A stretch of DNA of 64,000 nt from the human T2T-CHM13v2.0 reference genome, Homo sapiens (GCF_009914755.1 NC_060926.1); one strand, 5' to 3'. Positions 1-18,042 are shown, numbered from the stretch's first letter. Numbers and translations: made by a program. Notes: generated from the letters alone by a model not told the origin.

Positions 1-2330
<2,330 letters not shown>

Positions 2331-2439
2331 ATCAAGACATGTGAAGGCTTTGAAAAGAAAGACCCTTTCCATAGTGTGGAAGTGAATGGTTTTAATAATG
2401 TTTAGACTTTGTGGTACATGTTTTAGGGGGATGGATTGA

Positions 2440-2850
2440 AAAGATGAGGCTGTAGAAATAGTCACTGGCAAGTCCTAAAAATATCTAAAAGCAAATAGAG
2501 AAACTTGGGTTCCCACTCCAGGGCAGTGAGAAGGTACTGAAAGATTTCAGGATTTCAATGAAGCTAGTTGAGGGGTAGAGGCGGTCAGATTAGCAGTTCA
2601 GGGTGTTTATTCTGGCTGTGTTGTAGAGTGCTATTTGGTGTCAACTAGATTACATGGAGGGACATCTGTTCTGAAAGACATTTCAGTAGTGCCAGAAAGA
2701 GATGATGATCTCAATTAGTGTAGTAAAAACATAAATGAAGAAAAAAATGAAATAATCTATAGAACTTAGATACAATGATGTGAATAGAAAGATGAGGACC
2801 CGATTATGACTGAATTGTCTTCTTGAGACAACTGGGACGAGATGTAAGTG
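2440..2850 (-). mobile_element. L2 fragment (degenerate)
   Basis: Purine-rich antisense L2-type text (gggcagtgagaaggtactgaaagattt...gtcagattagc...attctggctgtgttgtagag). Confidence 0.5.
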
Positions 2851-2981
2851 GCAAAAGGTGAAAAAACAAATTTTTTCCTATAAAAATATAAAATTATCAC
2901 TTAAAAATATCCCATCATGGATGGTAGTGTTCACTTGACAAAATTTATAGAGGCAGCAGCCCTGAAATGCTGTAAAGCAGC

Positions 2982-3021
2982 GTGTGTGTGTGTGTGTGTG
3001 TGTATGTGTGTGTTTGTGTGT
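2982..3021. repeat. (TG)n microsatellite
   Basis: Directly visible. Confidence 0.95.
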
Positions 3022-3544
3022 ATCGGGGGGAGATAAATTTAGAAATTGGAGGGAAAAATAAGAAAGGATGAAGAACTATGGAAAACTTTAGAGAGTTGTA
3101 GACAGCACCCCTTTTGTGTATTCTCAGAGAAAATAGTGGGGATGGTACTCAGAGGTCTATGTTCTTGCTTATGCTGGGGAAAACATTGCAGGAGATAAAA
3201 ATGGAAGTACTTAAAAAATGTAATTGTGGCATAGATGCAATGCACACCTACTTCTAAGTGACATTTGGGTACATCTGTATTTTTCAAGTTTTCTACAATA
3301 AGCAGATATCATAAAACCCTTGACATTTACAAGGGATAAATCCCAAGACCTTTGCAAATTTCTAGCTTTGCAAATACAGAAAAGTTTGTATAGTCTCTTG
3401 ACTTTCTCAAAAATTATATTTCCTTCAAGAAAAATAAATTTCCAGTGCATTTCCAGATCAGCAAGTCTCACTACCTCTAACTACAAAATATATGTGTAAT
3501 CCATCTGACCTTATCATCTGCACTACTACCACTATAGTCTAAAC

Positions 3545-3833
3545 CAGCGGTTTCCAACCTGTTTGGCACCAGTGACCAGTTTCCTGGTTTCCATGGACAT
3601 TGAGTGTTGGCAGCCAAGGGGATTATGGTTTTGGGATGAAACCATTCCACCTCAGATCAGGCATAAGTCAGATGCTCAGAAGGTGTACGCAGCATAGATC
3701 CCTCGCTTGCACAGTTCACAATAGGGTTCAGCCTCCTATGAGAAGCTAATCCTGCAGCTGATCTGACAGGAGGTGGAGCTCAGGTGGTAATGATTGCTGG
3801 TACTGGTCCGTGCTCTGGGGGTTAGGGACCCTG
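3545..3833 (+). mobile_element. MER1B hAT-Charlie DNA transposon inserted in an L2 fragment
   Basis: Starts cagcggtttccaacctgtttggcacc, ends ggggttagggaccctg; degenerate 8-bp TSD gtctaaac/atctaagc; flanks resemble L2 ORF2. Confidence 0.88.
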
Positions 3834-4191
3834 ATCTAAGCAACATTATCTTTTCCTTGGAGAACTGCAATAGCTGCAAACATTGTTCTCCCAGTTTCCA
3901 TTTTGACATGCACATAACCTAGAATATGTATAAAATGTGTATCATATGTCACTCTAGTTATTAATCTTGTTCAATGTCTTTATACCACTTACAGAAAAAG
4001 AAATTTACATTCATTGTCATGACTGGGAACACTCTATATTCTAAACTTCTAAATGTAGAACTTCTCCTGAGCTACCCCTTTGCATGTTTAATACATTGAG
4101 CCACACTTGCACGTGGGAACACAAATTAACTATCATTAGCACATTACCTCACTGAGAAAAAGACAAAATCATCCTTAAAAATATTTCATTA

Positions 4192-4530
4192 TTATTTTTT
4201 ATTTTTTAAAATTTTACTTTAAGTTCTGGGATACATGTGCAGAATAGGCAGGTTTGCTATATAGGTATATATGTGCCGTGGTGATTTGCTGCACCTATCA
4301 ACCCATCATCTAGGTTTTAAGCCCTGCATGCATTAGATATTTGTCCTAATGCTCTCACTTCCCCTTGCCCCCCAGCCCCCAACAGGCCCCGGTGTGTGAT
4401 GTTCCCCTCCCTGTGTCCATATGCTTTCGTTCAACTCCCACTTATGAGTGAGAACATGAGGTGTTTGGTTATCTGTTCCTGTGTTAGTTTGCTGAGAATA
4501 TGACTGAGAATATGACTAGAAATACCATTT
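4192..4530 (-). mobile_element. 5'-truncated L1PA (about PA7-8) 3' end with a 16-bp inverted 5' tag
   Basis: ttttactttaagttctgggatacatgtgcag...gttagtttgctgagaat is the antisense L1PA 3'UTR; 4515-4530 is sense L1 sequence. Confidence 0.88.
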
Positions 4531-5021
4531 AATTAATTTTTTTGATTGAGAAGTAAAAATTGTATATATTTATCATGTACAACATAGTATTTTGAAATAC
4601 GTATACATTGTGGAATGGCTAAATTGAGCTAATTGACATATGTGTTACTTCACATACTTATAGTTTATTTTTGTGATGAGAAAACAGATCTAACAGATCT
4701 ACTGTCTTAGCTCTTTTCAAGAATGAAATACACTTTTATAAACAGTAGTTACCATGTTGTGCAATACATCTCTGGAACTACACATTCCTCCTACAATTTT
4801 TTTTTATCTTTGATGAACATTTCCCTCAACCTCTGTCCTGTGTCACCCTCTGTTAACCACTATTCTACTCGCTGCTTTTATGAATTCCACTTTTTTAAAT
4901 TCCACACGTGAGATCACGTGATATTTGTCTGAGTCTGACTTATTTTACTTAACATAATATCCTCAAGTCCCTCTGTATTGTCGCAAATGACAGGATTGCC
5001 TTCATTTTTGAGGCTGAATAG

Positions 5022-5353
<332 letters not shown>

Positions 5354-6815
5354 ACATTTTCTTTATTCATTCATCCACTGATGGGCACTTAGGTTGATTC
5401 CATATTTTGGTTATTGTGAATAATGCTGCAGTGAACATGGGAGTGCAGGTATCTCTTTGACATACTGATTACATTTCCTTTGGATATATACCCAGCAGTG
5501 GGATTGCTGGATCATATGGCAGTTATATTTTTAATTTTTTTGAGGAGCCTCCATACTCTTTCTCATGATGGCTGTACTAATTTACATTCCCATCTACAAT
5601 GGGAATGCAAGGATGCCCTTTTCAACACAGCCTCACCAGTACTTATCTTTTGTCTTTTTAATAGGCCTTCCAACAAGCATGAAGTGGTATCTTGCTGTGT
5701 TTTTGATTTGCATTTCTCTGATGACTGGTGATGAATAGTTTTTCATATATCTGTTGGCAATTTGTCTATCTTCTTTCGAAAAGTCTGTTATGGTTCTTTG
5801 TCCATTTTGTAATTGAGTTAATTGCTTTCTTACAATTGAGTTGCTTGAGTTCCTTATAGATTTTGGATACTAACTCATCAGCTATATGGTTTGCAATTTT
5901 TTTCATGCCATTTATTGTCTCTTTATTCTGTTTATCATTTCTTTTGTTGTTTAGAAACTTTTTAGTTTGACATAATCTCATTTGTCTATTTTTGCTTTTG
6001 TTGCCTCTGCTTTTGAGGTGATATCTAAAAAATCATTGCCCAGACCACTGCCATGGATATTTTCTGTTTTCTTCTAGAAGTTGCATAGTTTGAGGTCTTA
6101 CGTTTAATTCTTTAATCTATTTTCTGTTGATTTCTGCACATGGTGAAGGATAAAGGCCTAATTTTATTTTTCCACAGATGGATAGCTAGTTTTCCCAACA
6201 CCATTTATTAAAGAGACTGTCCTTTCACCATTGTGTGATCTTGACATTTTTTTAATTAATAGACTATACATTTGTGAATTTATTGCTGGGTTCTCTATTT
6301 TGTCCCATTGATCTATGTTTCTGTTTCCATGCCAGTACCATGCTGTTTTGATTACAACAGCTTTGTAATATATTTGGAAGCAGTTGGTGTGATGCTTCCA
6401 GCTTTATTCTTTTTGCTCAAGATTTCTTTGAGTGTGTGGGGTCTGTTGTGGTTCCACAGTAGTTTTAAATTTTTTTTTCTATTTCTGTGAAAAATACCAT
6501 TGGGATTTAAATAGGGCTTGCAATAAGTCTGTCAATGTCTTTGGGTAGTAACGGACATTTTAACAGCATTAGTTATTCCAATTCATGATAATGAGATATT
6601 TTCCATTTATTTGTGACTTCTTCAGTTTCTTTCATCGATATCTTATAGTTTTCAATGTGAAGGCCTTTCACTTCTTTGGTTAAATTAATTCCTAAGTACA
6701 GTCATCCCTTGGTATACATAGGTGACTGGTTTCCTTAGCTGTAACCCTAACCCTAAACCTAATCTTAACTGAGGCTTCCCATTAATACACAAATCTGTAG
6801 ATGCTCAAGTCCCTG

Positions 6816-7170
6816 TGTATTAGTCTGTTCTCAGGCTACTAAAAAACATAGCTGAAAATGGGAAATTTATAAAGCAAAAAAGTTTAATTGACTCACAGTT
6901 CCACATGGCTCAGGAAGCCTCACAATCATGGTGGAAGGCAAATGAGACACAAAGTCACATCTTAACATAGCAGCAGGCAAAAGAGCTTGTTTAGGGGCAT
7001 TTCCCTTCATAAAACTATCAGATCTCATGAGACTTATCCACTACCACAAGAACAGTATGGGGGAAACCACCCCTGCTGATTCCATTATCTCCACCTGGCC
7101 CCACCCTTGAACATGGGGATTATTACAATTCAAGGTGAGATTTTCGTGGGAACTCAGCCAAACTATATCA
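6816..7170 (-). mobile_element. THE1-family MaLR solo LTR
   Basis: tgtattagtctgttctc...cagccaaactatatca; 5-bp TSD ccctg/ctctg. Confidence 0.92.
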
Positions 7171-7792
7171 CTCTGGTATAAAATTGCCTAGTTGAGAATC
7201 CACAGACCTTTTGAAGGAATCGAATTTCTGCTGCAGATTCCATAGGACAGCCAAGAAACTGCGAGTCAGCTTGCTTTCTCACCTGGGAGGCATGTAGCCT
7301 GGGGCAAGTTATCACCACTGTTCACTGGCTACCTGGAAATAAACCCGGTGCTGTTAGAGGAGCACAGTGGGAGTTAGACTAGTCTTTTGCACTTTGGGCT
7401 CTCTGGGAGCTGGGTGAGGCCTGTGCCTTCCAGCTTCACCCCACTTCCCTGGTGACCTGTGTGATGCAGCAGGGGCAGATATAACCCCCTTAGGAACATG
7501 ACTCCATTGGCCTGGGAACCACACCTAAGAAATGAAATACGTGGCAATACAATATTCATGCAGGACTTCAATACTCCACTGACAGCACTAGACAAGTCAT
7601 TAAGCAGAAAGTCAATGAAGAAACAATCGACTTAAACTATGCCCTAGAACAAATGGACTTAATGGATGTTTGTCCAATATCCTTAATGGGGTATTCTACC
7701 CAACAACTACAGAATATATATTCTATTCATCAGCACATGGCATATTCTCCAAGATAGACCATACGCTAGATAACAAAACAAGTCTCAATCAA

Positions 7793-7864
7793 GGCTCAGG
7801 CTGGGGTTGTCACTAGCCATGGAGGTCCCCAGTTGGCAAAGTGTCTGAGAAAAATTCTGCATCA
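7793..7864 (+). mobile_element. 3'-terminal fragment of an ERV1 LTR (LTR1/LTR27/LTR28-like) inside L1PB
   Basis: ggaggtccccagttggcaaagtgtctgagaaaaattctgcatca resembles the remembered LTR1-group 3' terminus and is not L1 sequence. Confidence 0.55.
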
Positions 7865-9864
7865 AAATCAAGATGGAAATTAAAATCCTGCATCAAAATC
7901 AAGATGGAAATTAAAAAATTATTTGAACTGAATGATAATAGTGACACAACCTATCAAAACCTCTGGGATACGGCAAATGCAGTGCTAAAAGGAAAGTTCA
8001 TAACATTAAATGCCTACATCAAAAGGTCTGAAAGAGCACAAACGGACAATCTAAGGTCACACCTCAAGGAACTAGAGAAACAAGAAGACACCAAACCCAC
8101 ACCAAGCAGAGGGAAATAAATAACCAAATCAGAACAGAACTAAATGAAATGGAAACAAAAATAAATACAAAAGATAAATGAAACAAACAGCTGGTTATTT
8201 GAAAAGATAAATAAAATTGATAGACCATTAGTGAGATTAACCAGGAAAAAAAGAGAAAAGATCCAAATGAGCTCAATTCAAAACAAAATGGGAGATATTA
8301 CAACTGATATAATGGAAATACAAAAGATCATTCAAGGCTACCTTAAACACCTTTCTGCACGTAAACCAGAAAACCTAGACGAAATGGGTAAATTCCTAGA
8401 AATATACAACCCTTCTAGATTAAACCAGGAAGAAATAGAAACTCTAAACAAACCAATAACAAGCAGTGAGATTAAAATTGCAATTTTAAGTTACCAACAA
8501 AAAAAAGTTCAGGATCAGATGGATTCACCACTGAATTCTATCAAACATTCAAAGAAGAATTGGTACCAATCCTATTGACACTATTGCAAAAGATAGAGAA
8601 AGGGAATTCTCCTTAAATCATTCTATGAAGCCAGTGTCACCCTAATACCAAAACCAGGAAAGAACATAACAAAAAAAAAAGAAAACTACAGACCAATATC
8701 CCTGATGAACATAGATGCAAAAATCCTCAGCAAAATACTAGCAAACCGAATCTAACAGCATATCAAAAAGATAATCCACCATGATCAAGTGGGTTTCATA
8801 GCAGAGATGTAGGGATAGTTTAACAAGTCAATAAATGTGATAGGCCACATAAACAAAAATCACATGATCATCTCAATAGACACAGAAAAAGCATTTGACA
8901 AAACCCAGCATCGCTTTATGATTAAAACCCTCTGCAAAACGACATACAAGGGACATACCTTGAGGTAATAAAAGCTATCCATAACAAACCCACAGCCAAC
9001 ACTATACTGAATGGGAAAAGTTAAAGGCTTTCCCCCTGAGAACTGGAACAAGACAAGGATGCCCACTTTCACCAATTCTATTCAACGTACTGGAAGTCCT
9101 AGCCACAGCAATCAGATGAGAAAGAAATAATGGGCATCCAGATCAGTAAAGAAGAAGCCCAAACTTTCACTGTTTGCTGATGATATTATCATATACCTAG
9201 AAACCCCAAAAGACTCATCCAAAAAGCTCCTAGAACTTGTCAATAAATTCAGCAAAATTTCAGGATACAAAATTAATGTACACAAATCAGCATCTCTACT
9301 ATATACGAACAGCGACCAAATTGAAAATCAAATCAAGAACTCAACCCCTTTTATCATAGCTGCAAAAAATACAAATAAAAAGATACTTAGGAATATACCT
9401 AACCAAGGAGGTGAAAAACTTCTACAAGGAAAACTATAATACAAAATACTGCTGAAAGAAATCATAGACAATGCAAACAAATGGAAACACATCCTGTGCT
9501 TATGGATGGGTAGAATCAATATTGTGAAAATGACCATACTGCCAAAAGCAATCTACAAATTCAATGCAATTCCCATCAAAATACCACCATCATTCTTCAC
9601 CGAACTAGACAAAACAATCCTAAAATTCAGATGGAACAACAACAACAAAAAAAAGCCTTTGTAGCCAAGGCAAGATTAAGCTAAAAGAACAAATCTGGAG
9701 GCATCACATTACCTGACTTCAAACTATAAGGCCATAGTCACCTAAACAGCATGGTACCAGTATAAAAATAGGTATATAGACCAATGGGACAGGATAGAGA
9801 ACCCAGAAATAAAACCAAATACAGCCAACTGATCTTTGACAAAGCAACAAAAACATAAAGTAGG

Positions 9865-10418
9865 TGTGATGATTAATACGGTGTGCCAACCTGATTGGAT
9901 TGAAGAATGCAAAGTATTGTTCCTGGATGTGTCTGTGAGGGTGTTGCCAAAGTTTAACATTTGAATCAGTGGACTGGGAGAGGCAGACCACTCTCGATCT
10001 GGTTGGGTACCATCTAATCAGCTGCCAGTGTGGCTAGAATAAAGCAGGCAAGGGAAGATGAAAGAGCAGATTTGCTGAGTCTTCCTGCCTTCATCTTTCT
10101 CCCGTGTTAGATGCTTCCTGCCCTTGAACATCAGACTCCAAGTTCTTCAGCTTTTACACTCTTTGACTTACAACAGTGGTCTACTAGGGGCTCTTGGGCC
10201 TTTGGCCATGCACTGAAGGCTGCACTGTCAGCTTCCCTACTTTTGAGGTTCTGGGACTCAGACTGATCCACCACTGGCTTCCTTGCTCCTCAGCTTGCAG
10301 ACGGCCTATCGTGGGTCTTTACCTTGTAATCATGTGAGCCAATTCTCCTTAATAAACTCCCTTTCATATATACATATATTCTATTAATTCTGTCCCTCTA
10401 GAGAACCCTGCTAATACA
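9865..10418 (+). mobile_element. MLT2A (ERVL) solo LTR inside L1PB
   Basis: tgtgatgattaatac...gattggattgaagaatgcaaagtattgttcctgg...ctctagagaaccctgctaataca; TSD gtagg/gtgga. Confidence 0.92.
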
Positions 10419-11807
10419 GTGGAGAAAAGACATCCTATTCAACAAATGATGCTGGGATAATTGGCAACCCACAGGTAGAAGAATGAAACTGGATCCTTGT
10501 CTCTCACATTATACAAAAATCAACTCAAGATGGATGAAGGACTTAAATTTAAAATCTGAAACCATAAAAATTCTATGAGATAACATTGGGAAAACCATTC
10601 TAGACATTGGCTTAGGCAAAGACTTCATGACAAAAAACCGAAAAGCAAATGCAACAAAAACAAAGATACATAGATGAGACTTAATTAAACGAAAAACCTT
10701 CTTCACAGCAAAAGAAATAATCAGCAAAGCAAAGACACAACCCACAGAGTGGGAGAAAATCCTCCCAATCTATACTTCCAACAAAAGACTAATATTCAGA
10801 ATCTATAAGGAACTCAAACAAATCAGCAAGAAAAAAACATACAATTCCATCAAAAACTGGGCTAAGCACATGAATAGACAATTCTCAAAAGAAGATACAC
10901 AAATGGCCAACAAACGTAGGAAAAAATATGCTCAACATCACTAATTATCAGGGAAATGCAAGTCAAAACCAAAATGCAATACCACCTTACTCCTGCAAGA
11001 ATGGCCAAAACCAAAAATCAAAAAGTGATAGATGTCAACATGTATGTGGTGAAAAGGGAGAACTTTTACACTGTTAGTGGAAATGTAAAGTAGTACAACC
11101 ACGATGCAAAAGAGTGTAGAGATTCCTTAAAGAACTAAAAATAGATCTATCATTTGATCCAACATTCCTACTCCTGGGTATCCACCCAGAGGAATAGAAG
11201 TCATTATATGAAAAAGATACCTGCACATGCATGCTTATAGCTGCACAATTCAGCAATTGCAAAAATATGGAACCAGCCCAAATGCCCATCAGTGAGTGGA
11301 AAAAGAATATATGGTACATACATATACCATGGAATACTACTCAGCCATAAAAAGAAACAAAATAATGGCAGCAACCTGGATGGAATTGGAGACAATTATC
11401 CTAAGTGAAGCAACTAAGGAGTGGAAAGCCAAACATCAACATTCTCACTCATAAATGGGAGCTAAGTTATGAGGACGCAAAGGCATAAGAATGATTCAAT
11501 GGACGTTGGAGAATCAGGGAAAAGGATGGGAGGGGGTTGAGGGATAAAAGACTACCTACTGGGTACAGTGTGCACTGCTCAGGTGATGGATGCACCAAAA
11601 TCTTAGAAATCATCATTAAATAACTTATTCATGTACAAAAATAAATAAGAAAAATATTGCACATTGTTTGCATATTACCTATACACATTCTCCCACATAT
11701 TTTAAATCATCTCTAGATTACTTGTAAAACATAATATAATATAAATGGTATATCAGTAGTTACTATTATGTATTGCCTATGAAATCATGACCAAAAGAAT
11801 TCTGTTT

Positions 11808-12361
<554 letters not shown>

Positions 12362-13009
12362 TTATTAGTTCAAAAGTTTTTTTGAAGAGACATTAAGATT
12401 TAAGATTTGAATGCCTTTTATTTCCTTCTCTTGCCAAATCGCCCTGGCTAGAAATTCCAGTATTATGCTGAATAGAAGTGGTAAGAATTGACATCCTTGT
12501 CTTATTTCTGATCTCAGAGGAAGAGCTTTTGACTTGTCACTATTGAGTATGATGTTAGCTGTGGACTTGCTGTATACAGCCTTTATCATGTTGAGGTACA
12601 TTCTTTCCATATCCAGTTTGTTCAATTTTTATTGTGGAAGGATGTTGAATTTTGTCAAATTATTTTTCTGCATCTATTGAGATGACCATATGGTTTTTGT
12701 ACTTCAGCCTGTTAATGTGGTGTATCACATTTATGGATTTGCATACGTTGAACCATCTTTGCATTCATGATATAAATCCCACCTGATTATGGTGTGTGAT
12801 CCTTTTCATGTGCTGTTTAATTTGGCTTGCTAGTAATTTGTGGAAAACTTTTTTTTCTATGTTCATCAGGTATATTGGCCGGTAATTTTCTTTTCTGGTA
12901 GGGTCATTGTCTGGTTTTTCTGTCCGTGTAATGCTGGTCTGGTAAAATTAGACTCTGGGTCTAGAAAAGTCTCATTGGCATCTCTCCTCTATCCAGCCTG
13001 TAGCACTTG

Positions 13010-14150
<1,141 letters not shown>

Positions 14151-15288
14151 TTTGATAGTAAATGTTAACATTTATTGGATGCTTTCCATGTGGCAGAAAT
14201 TATACTAAGCAATTACACGCATTTAATCTTCACAATGGCCTTCTGAAATGGCATTATAATTATTCCCATTTAAATTGCCCAATGTTCCATAGCTAGTCCA
14301 TAATGGAACTTGGATCCAAATTCTGCTCTGTCTGATACCAATCTGCAAAGTTTCCTGCATAGTCCTTTATAGTCCTCAGTTAAAGGAATTGTTTCAGGAA
14401 TTGTTGGAAGTGATTCCTGGAGCGAGTGAACATAATCAATATTTTCGACAAATGCAAAGATCATTTGTTAGTCTCAAAGAATCACGGGTTTTTTCAGTGT
14501 GTTCTCCAAGTTTCTGTAGCAATACAGTACTATTTAAAAACAACAACAACAAAAAACACCGTAGGACTTTTATATGCTTGAATCAATTCAGATCCATGTA
14601 CTAGGAACCATACCTGCAGTTGCTTCAAAGACATTTTTTACATGTTCTCAGGTCCAGCATGTTTCTTTGATTTTATTTATTTTTTATTCACTTACATTTA
14701 TTTATTGACTTACTGAGTCTATTTTGAATTGTAGATGAAACATACTCTAAATCTTATATTTACCTCAAGATATTTTAAGAGTTAATATTAATTTATTGGG
14801 CACTGATACTTAATCTGATTTTTTGTTTTAAGATACTTATGTCTTTTGAGAAGTTTTAACAAAAGGTGAAATGTCCCTTAATTTAATCATTGTTTCATGG
14901 CTGAGTTTTTACAGGCTTTTTGACTTTCAAAGTCCTTAATTTATTATCACTTATATTTTGGAATTCAAAAGCAGTTACATTCTCTATTGTTGCAAGACCT
15001 GGAATGCTTAAATTGTGTTCCACGGCCAATTCTTTGCTGAGCTCATCACTTTCTCAAAATGCCCTATAAAATGTGGTCAATTCCATTCAAAATACAACCC
15101 TAAAATTTGTTTTCCAAACTTTTTCTCTAGACTCCCAGATCTGGAGGACAAGTTCATTATCTATATGATCTAATTATCAAATTAGCCTAAACAAGCGTTT
15201 TGCCATTCTATCACATATGACAAAACTTCTGCAAATCACCGTACTTTAGACCTCCAAAACAGCAATGACAAATATTTCAGGTTTTTAT

Positions 15289-15933
15289 TGTGATAGGTCC
15301 TACTTCCAATATCAATTTTCTGTACAGGTTAGGGAAGTGTCTCAATAGTCCCAAAGATCACCCTCTGTTTGTTGATTCACTAAAAGGACTCAAAGAACTT
15401 GGGATTCACATATGGTTAGAGTTTATTGTAGTCAAAATTTACAAAGTAAAATCAGCAAATGAAGCATCAGGCAAAGCCTGGAGAAAACCAGAAGTAAGTT
15501 TTAAGTGATTTCTCCCAGAACAGTCACTCAAAGTACACTTACTTCTTTCTGCTATAAACTATAGCAACATAAATACAGTGTGAAGCTTGCTTGAGCCTAA
15601 GTCTGGGGTTTTTATGAGAGGCTGATCACATAAGCACTAGATGTCTTCTCGACTGACTGCAGTTACTCCAATTGCAGACCTCACCACATCTCCTTTTCTT
15701 TTGGAGGTCTGCAGTTGGCGTAACTGCAATCACATCATTTATACAAACTCTCTAGACAAACTGATATAGCTTCCTTCAAGGCTCCAGGCACGCAAAACAG
15801 TCTTATCAGTTTGAACATTCCAAGCACTCAGTTCTCAGCAGCCCACCAAGGGCCAGTCAAAAAAACTAGGCCCTTCTGGGAATGTGCAAGTTTTATGCAA
15901 CTCATATCCAATCAGTTAACTCTTTCCTGCACA
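15289..15933 (-). mobile_element. ERVL LTR of the MER21/MER68/MER77 group
   Basis: Ends gttaactctttcctgcaca (reverse complement of the tgtgcagnaaagagttaac terminus); contains gattcactaaaaggactca. Confidence 0.65.
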
Positions 15934-17346
15934 TGCCTGCTACACTATAACAAACTTCATGGTAATATTGACTTATTACAACAAAATCTCCCTCCTCATT
16001 TATGTAAAGTTTACTGCAAATCTGGGACACTCTCCAGGGCACTTGATCTCTACTGAATAACTCAATGCCACTTTGATCCTTTGGTTCTGCCTTATTGGCA
16101 CACTCCTTGTTGGTCATAGTTGTTGCAGAGGAAGAACAAACTGTCCAATCCTGCAGGGCTCGATTGTGTTAGCCAAAAACACATATTATTTTTATTTACA
16201 TTTCATTGGTTATCACATGGCCCCGCTTAATTATTAAGGGGTGAGAATTTTAGACTCATGTATGTGCAAGAAGGAACAAAGATCTAGCTATTAGTGAGTA
16301 TTACTGGCGTTTTATCATATTCATAAATTATCTACATTGTGATTGTTACTCTTTGAATGGCATAGAATACAATAGTTTATAATTAGCAAAATGTAACTTA
16401 AAAGATATTTAGAAGTATAAGTGGCAAACCAAGAGAGCAAATGATAACAAAGGGAATCTCTTGAAATAGAAAAGATTTGTTATTATTTTTACTAATTTCA
16501 GCATCAAATCTTTTGAAAAGGAATAGCGTACTTTCCCCTAAGTAGAGATGTATCACATAGGAATAAAAACACCAAACATTTCAATGTCCCTGGGAGCCTT
16601 TGGTTAAATTCCATACACTCTTCTAAGGGAAAAGAGAATTTTTCCACAGTCTGCTGGTGTAAACCCACCAATAGGCTGGGGTGATACTTCTACCAGTTGT
16701 GAACAGTATAGATAGTTATTCAATGCTTTCCATGATCCTAACAGTTTGGTAAGAAATGTACATATGTTAGTTTTTTTTTATTCCTTATAAGAATCTTTTG
16801 AAATATTCTATCACCCCATTTTAGAGATACGGACTAGGTAAATTAACTAGGTCACCAGCTAGGAAGAGTCACAGTAAGAATGTGAATCCAGGTTTATCTT
16901 GCTCCGAAATACATGCTCGTAAGTACTAGACCAATCATTTCTCAAAGGAAAATGACCACAGATACTTGAATGAGGCTGTGTTCACTAAGCATGGACAAAA
17001 CAAAGCAATCGAGATGATCATTCACTCTATTTTTTCTGTGTTATTCATTTTTCCAGCCATTGTCATAAAAGTGATGAAGATGTATCTGGATATAAGAAAA
17101 GCCTATTTATAATACTATAATTTCTTCTATTTTTATGCTAAGCTATTATCAAGCTTATCTCTATCTGTAGAGAACTGTGGTCCAAGTTAGGGCAGGGGAC
17201 AGAAGGATGTAGGAGGCATAGGCAGGCAGGGGTGTTGAAGGGCAGTAGGCACAGTAGGGCAGGGGACAGAGAAGGGCAGGTGGAATGAGGGTTAGGAGCA
17301 TGGGAAGGGAGGGCACACATGAGGGTAGGGGACATGGCAGGATGGG

Positions 17347-18042
17347 TGTATTAGTCTGTTCTCACAGTGTTATAAAGACATACTTAGCTGGGCGTGGTGG
17401 CTCACATCTGTAATTCCAGCACTTTGGGAGGCTGAGGCGGGCAGATTACTTGATGTCAGGAGTTTGAGACCAGCCTGGCCAACATGGTAAAACCCCGTCT
17501 CTACTAAAAATACAAAAAATAGCCAGGCATGGTGGCACACTCCTGTAATCACACCTACTTGGAAGGCTGAGGCATGAGCATCCCTTAAACCCGGGAGGCG
17601 GAGGTTGCAGTGATCTGAGGTTGCAACACTGCACTCCAGCCTGGGGAATAGAGTGAGATTCTGTCTCAAAAAGAAAAAAAAAACAAAAACAAAAACAAAA
17701 AAACCCTCAAGACTGGGTAATTTATAAAGGAAAGAGTTTTAGTTGATTCACAGTTCTGTAGGGCTAAGGAGACCCCAGGAAACTTACAATCATGGCACAA
17801 GGGGAGGCAAACAGGTCCTTCTTCACATGGCAGCAGCAGCAAGAAGTGCTCAGCAAAAGGGGGAAAAGCCCTTTATAAAACCATCAGCTCTCATGAGAAC
17901 TCACTATCATGAGAACAGCAGCATGGGGGCAACCACCCCCATGATTCAATTACCACCCAACTGTCCCTCCCATGACACGTGGGTATTATGGGAATTATAA
18001 TTCAAGATGAGATTTGGGTGGGGACACAGCCAAACCCTATCA
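17347..18042 (-). mobile_element. THE1D/MSTA-type MaLR LTR interrupted by Alu
   Basis: tgtattagtctgttctcac...ggggacacagccaaaccctatca; TSD atggg/atgga. Confidence 0.9.
17386..17703 (+). mobile_element. AluS
   Basis: Full dimer with A and (CAAAAA)n tail. Confidence 0.93.

Larger units (their letters stand above)
7194..11655 (+). mobile_element. L1PB (L1PB1-like 3' end): 5'UTR piece joined directly to decayed ORF2, ORF1 absent
   Basis: 7194-7525 resembles the L1PBa 5'UTR; ORF2 fragments follow ([19 protein letters not shown]); 3'UTR gggtacagtgtgcactgctcaggtgatggatgcaccaaaatc then A-rich tail. Confidence 0.88.

Noticed and set aside
17185-17346. G-rich purine tract as a minisatellite or G-quadruplex element
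   Set aside because: Degenerate low-complexity sequence with no consistent period.
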